In this document: piece by piece, positions 58,841-64,000 of the stretch
How positions within the stretch are numbered: the stretch's first letter is position 1
Layout: each line of letters begins with the position of its first letter
From: an uncultured Gemmatimonadales bacterium
Lineage (GTDB): Bacteria; Gemmatimonadota; Gemmatimonadetes; Gemmatimonadales; GWC2-71-9
Length of the DNA stretch: 64,000 bases
Assembly: GCA_963779755.1 (NCBI GenBank)
Contig: CAVZZO010000001.1
Coordinates: forward strand, 1,184,001 to 1,248,000
Direction: 5' to 3'
Program-made: the position numbers and the translations under genes
The notes under the pieces: model-generated
Databases searched by the model: none
What the model was told of the DNA's origin: nothing
Seen by the model: only the letters and a program-made list of their open reading frames with translations

Positions 58841-60496
58841 GTGCCATCCATTCTGCCGATCCGTCATCAGCGGGACCTGCCGCTCGATCGTCTGCTACTG
58901 AAGGACCGGCCCGGCGACGAGGCCATCGAGATGGACGTGCTGTTCGTGGGGGCCGGCCCGGCGGGCCTGGCGGGCGCCATCGAGCTGGCCCGCCTGGCGA
59001 AGCGCGACGGCGAATCGGGGGGTGGGCTGGGCGAGCTTAACATCGGGGTACTGGAAAAGGCCGGGAGCCTGGGCGAGCACAATCTCTCCGGCGCGGTGGT
59101 GAATCCGCGCGCGCTGCGGGAGTTGTTCCCCGATCTTCCCGTTGACGACCTGCCGCTCCGCAGCGCCGTGAGCGGCGAGAGCGTCTATTTCCTGACCGAG
59201 AACCGCGCCCGGTCCATTCCCATCCCGCCTACCATGCGGAACCACGGCAATCACGTCGCCAGCATCTGCGAGATCGTCCGCTGGCTGGGAGAAAAGGCCG
59301 AGGAGCTGGGCGTGAACATCTTCCCCGGCTTTCCCGCCGATGCGCTCTTCACCGAAGGGAACCGGGTGCTGGGCGTGCGCACCACGCCGGGCGGGCTCGA
59401 GCGGGACGGCAGCCCCGGCTCCAATTACAGTGAGCCGACCGACCTCACGGCCAAGGTGACGGTCCTTTCGGAGGGCACCCGGGGGATGCTGAGCCAGGCG
59501 TGGCAGCAGTGGCAGCAGGTGAACTCGCCCAATCCGCAGATTTTCGCCCTGGGCGTCAAGGAGGTCTGGGAGGTCAAACGCCCGCTGGACCGGGTCATCC
59601 ACACCATGGGCTGGCCCCTTCCCGGCGACGCCTTCGGCGGGAGCTGGGCCTACCCCCTGAGCGAGAACCTGATCTCGCTGGGGCTGGTGGTCGGGCTGGA
59701 CTACCACAACGCCAACCTCGACGTGCACGGCCTGCTGCAGCAGATGAAGCTCCATCCGCTCTTCCGGCAGTACCTGGAGGGTGGCGAGCTGCAGGAATGG
59801 GGCGCCAAGACCATTCCCGAAGGCGGACTCTACTCGCTGCCGGACCGTCGCTCGGGCGACGGATTGCTGATCGTGGGCGATGCCGCCGGTTTCGTGGACG
59901 TGCCGTCGTTAAAGGGAATCCATTACGCCATTCAGTCCGGCATCTACGCCGCCCGGGCCATCTTCGACGCGCTGAAACGCGAAGATACCTCCGCTGCGGC
60001 CCTCGCCCCCTACGACGAGATGGTCAACGGCAGCTATATCGTCGATGACATGCGCAAGACCCGCAATATGCGACTGGGCTTCAAGGGTGGCTTCTGGGGA
60101 GGCGCGCTCAAGGCCGGGCTCATGTCGCTGAGCGGCGGCCGTCTGCTGGGCGGCCGGATTGCGGTGGAAGAAGATGCGGCCGAGCCGCGCGAGAGCGGGC
60201 CCGCCCCGGCGTTCCATCCCGACAACCGGCTCACCTTCAGCAAGGTCGATGCGGTCTTCAAGTCGGGGAACGCTACCCGCGATAGCATCCCGGTGCATCT
60301 GCTGGTGGGCAAGGACGTCACCGCCGCCGTGGCCGATTTCTACAGCCACGTCTGCCCCGCCGGGGTCTACGAGCAGGTGAGCGGCGAGCTGCGGATCAAC
60401 GCGCCCAACTGCGTGGACTGCAAGGCGACGGACGTGCTGGGACCCCGCTGGACCCCCCGGGAAGGCGGCAGCGGCCCCAAGTACCGGCTGATGTAG
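58841..60496 (+). CDS. Electron transfer flavoprotein-ubiquinone oxidoreductase
   Basis: VGAGPAGL, HNLSGA, GVKEVW, AKTIPEGG, KGIHYA, CPAGVY, NCVDCK, PREGGSGP.Y. Confidence 0.93.
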   Translation: MPSILPIRHQRDLPLDRLLLKDRPGDEAIEMDVLFVGAGPAGLAGAIELARLAKRDGESGGGLGELNIGVLEKAGSLGEHNLSGAVVNPRALRELFPDLPVDDLPLRSAVSGESVYFLTENRARSIPIPPTMRNHGNHVASICEIVRWLGEKAEELGVNIFPGFPADALFTEGNRVLGVRTTPGGLERDGSPGSNYSEPTDLTAKVTVLSEGTRGMLSQAWQQWQQVNSPNPQIFALGVKEVWEVKRPLDRVIHTMGWPLPGDAFGGSWAYPLSENLISLGLVVGLDYHNANLDVHGLLQQMKLHPLFRQYLEGGELQEWGAKTIPEGGLYSLPDRRSGDGLLIVGDAAGFVDVPSLKGIHYAIQSGIYAARAIFDALKREDTSAAALAPYDEMVNGSYIVDDMRKTRNMRLGFKGGFWGGALKAGLMSLSGGRLLGGRIAVEEDAAEPRESGPAPAFHPDNRLTFSKVDAVFKSGNATRDSIPVHLLVGKDVTAAVADFYSHVCPAGVYEQVSGELRINAPNCVDCKATDVLGPRWTPREGGSGPKYRLM

Positions 60497-60566
60497 CGCC
60501 GCTGGTTCCAGGCCAAGCAGGGGGGCCGCATCCTGGTAGGGGAAAGCCCGGGCAGGCGGCCCGGTC

Positions 60567-60989
60567 CTAGCGCTCGCCCAGGACCTTGATGATCACCCGC
60601 TTCCGCCGCTGGCCGTCCCACTCTCCGTAGAACACCCGCTGCCAGGGCCCGAAGTCCAGCTGGCCGCCGGTAATGGGCACGATCACCTCGTGGCCGATGG
60701 TGAGGCTCCGCAGGTGGGCCGCGGCGTTATCCTCGCCCGTGCGGTTATGGTGGTAGCGCTCCGGGTCCCAGGGGGCCACCGTATGCTCCAGCCAGTGCAG
60801 GATGTCGTGCCACAAGCCCGATTCGTGGTCGTTCACGAAGACCGAAGCGCTGATGTGCATGGCGGAGACCAGCACGTATCCTTCCCGCACCCCGCTGGCC
60901 GCCACCTGCTCGGCCACCTTGTCGGTGATGTCGATGATCTCCTGGCGCTGCCGGGTTTCGAACCAGAGGTAGTGGGTGTGCGAGGCCAT
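60567..60989 (-). CDS. YjbQ family (secondary thiamine-phosphate synthase) protein
   Basis: DIT..V, H.SAS...ND, HH...[19 protein letters not shown]. Confidence 0.9.
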   Translation of the reverse strand: MASHTHYLWFETRQRQEIIDITDKVAEQVAASGVREGYVLVSAMHISASVFVNDHESGLWHDILHWLEHTVAPWDPERYHHNRTGEDNAAAHLRSLTIGHEVIVPITGGQLDFGPWQRVFYGEWDGQRRKRVIIKVLGER

Positions 60990-61179
60990 GGCGAGGATCA
61001 GGAATCAGAAACGGGGGATCGGGAGTGAGGAGCGGCCTGCCGGCTCCGGGCGGGGCGCCCTGTCCGGGGTGACCTCATCCAGCGTGTCGAGGATGGCGAT
61101 CCCCGGGTAGCGCGGTAGGACATGGGGCTGCTCCTGGCGCGGGGGAGGATAGTCGGGAATGTAACGTCCGGTCCCGCCG

Positions 61180-62547
<1,368 letters not shown>

Positions 62548-62625
62548 CGCGACCGTTCTCCCTGAGGCACCACAATCGCAGCCGCGACAGCAACCGCGAC
62601 ACGGAGATGCGGAGACGTCGCGGTC

Positions 62626-63567
62626 TCAGCCACGGTCCGCCTGGCCGGCCTGCCGGCGGTTCTTGCGGATGCTGAGCAGAACCGCGCCCAGCATCATTGC
62701 CAGGATGATCGCCAGCGAAATGCCGATGGGGATGTGAATCCATTCCCCGGCGATCATCTTGACCCCGACGAAGAGCAGAATGGCGGCGACGCCGGGCTTC
62801 AGGTACTCGAACCGGTCGAGCATGCCGGCCAGGATAAAGAAAAGCGAGCGGAGCCCCAGGATGGCGAAGATATTGGAGCTGTAGACGATAAAGGGATCCC
62901 GGGTGACGGCAAAGATGGCGGGGATGCTGTCCACGGCGAACAGCAGGTCGCTGGTCTCGATCATGAGCAGCACCAGCAGGAGCGGCGTCGCCTGCCAGCC
63001 GCGATCGGTGCTGACGAAGAAATCGGGGCCCGAGAACGAGTCGGTGAACGGCAGGATCCGGCGCGCCAGCCGGATGACCGGATTCCGTTCCGGCTCCACC
63101 CGCACCTCCTCCTGGGTGAACATCTTGATGCCGGTGAGGATCACGATGCCGCCGAACACCAGGCTGATCCAGGCGAACCGATGCAGCAGCAGGCCGCCCA
63201 GCAGGATCATCGCGGCCCGCATCACCACCGCACCCAGGATCCCCCACTTGAGCACTCGCGACTGCAGCTCCGCGGGAACGCAGAAATACTGCAGGATAAC
63301 GATAAAGACGAAGAGATTGTCGACGCTGAGAGACAGCTCGATGATATAGCCGGTGTAGTACTCCAGCGCGTGACCCAGGCTCTCGCGATACCAGAGAAAC
63401 ACGCCGAAGAGCAGCGCCAGCGAGATCCAGCCCGCGCTCCATCCCACCGCCTCTTTCATGCTCAGCACGTGCGAGCGGCGGTTCAGCACCCCCAGGTCGA
63501 GGATGAGCATCGCCACCACCAGCACGGTGAAGCCGCCCCAGACCCAGGGGCCGTGATGGCTGATCAC
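62626..63567 (-). CDS. TerC/Alx family metal homeostasis membrane protein
   Basis: [46 protein letters not shown]. Confidence 0.93.
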   Translation of the reverse strand: MISHHGPWVWGGFTVLVVAMLILDLGVLNRRSHVLSMKEAVGWSAGWISLALLFGVFLWYRESLGHALEYYTGYIIELSLSVDNLFVFIVILQYFCVPAELQSRVLKWGILGAVVMRAAMILLGGLLLHRFAWISLVFGGIVILTGIKMFTQEEVRVEPERNPVIRLARRILPFTDSFSGPDFFVSTDRGWQATPLLLVLLMIETSDLLFAVDSIPAIFAVTRDPFIVYSSNIFAILGLRSLFFILAGMLDRFEYLKPGVAAILLFVGVKMIAGEWIHIPIGISLAIILAMMLGAVLLSIRKNRRQAGQADRG

Positions 63568-64000
63568 CGGCCCCGCGCCATCGCCTCCAGCCGCGCGATC
63601 CGCTCTTCGATGGGTGGATGGGTGCTGAAGAGACCCGCCATACCGCGGCCCCGGGCCGCCAGCGGGTTCACCTGCGCCAGCGGCGCCGCCGCCGGCTGGA
63701 GCTGCATGGGAATCTGGTGCGACATGGTATCCAGCCGCCGCAGCGCCCGGGCCAGCGGCAGGGGCTGGCCCAGAATGAGGGCCCCGGTGCGGTCGGCCTC
63801 GAATTCCCGCTGCCGGGAGACCGCCAGCTGGATCAGCATGGCGGCGATCGGCGCCAGGATGATGCCGGCCAGGACGCCCCAGGGATTGCGGTTGTCATCG
63901 CCCCCTCCGAAGAGCAGCAGGTAGGGCACGTAGCTGATCGCCCCGGCAATGCCGGCCGCCAACGTGGTGATCAACATGTCGCGATTTTTCACGTGGGCCA
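63564..64000 (-). CDS. htpX: Zinc metalloprotease HtpX (3' part; truncated by window edge)
   Basis: [32 protein letters not shown]. Confidence 0.9.
   Translation of the reverse strand, partial: AHVKNRDMLITTLAAGIAGAISYVPYLLLFGGGDDNRNPWGVLAGIILAPIAAMLIQLAVSRQREFEADRTGALILGQPLPLARALRRLDTMSHQIPMQLQPAAAPLAQVNPLAARGRGMAGLFSTHPPIEERIARLEAMARGR

Noticed and set aside
63564..63700. yybP-ykoY riboswitch upstream of the TerC/Alx gene
   Set aside because: The start codon overlaps the htpX stop, leaving no leader.

Overview
High-GC (about 70% in hand-counted lines) bacterial chromosomal DNA. The gene repertoire and protein style suggest Gemmatimonadota (inference). Most of the window is housekeeping: pilMNOPQ-aroC-aroK, topA-trmFO-xerC-hslVU, argF, gcvT, the F0+delta half of the ATP synthase operon, cstA, an acyl-CoA dehydrogenase/ETF/ETF-QO cluster, transporters and a partial htpX. 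No rRNA, tRNA, CRISPR array, transposase or prophage was recognised. The standout region is about 16.8-27.3 kb. It encodes a sigma54 activator with a pseudo-receiver domain; a diguanylate cyclase whose sensor resembles an [FeFe]-hydrogenase that has lost its H-cluster cysteines; a conserved hypothetical gene behind a sigma54 promoter; an unannotated 21-aa Trp-rich peptide gene; a multi-TM HD-GYP phosphodiesterase (frameshifted as given); and a convergent SARP/BTAD-ATPase-TPR regulator. The peptide, the HD-GYP gene and only the TPR-coding 3' third of the regulator lie on a roughly 2.8-kb block of about 50% GC whose right border falls inside an intact ORF. This suggests a swappable specificity cassette of a peptide-controlled c-di-GMP signalling system (hypothesis). 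Intergenic DNA is rich in 7-, 8- and 9-bp tandem and palindromic repeats, some of which sit in frame inside genes.
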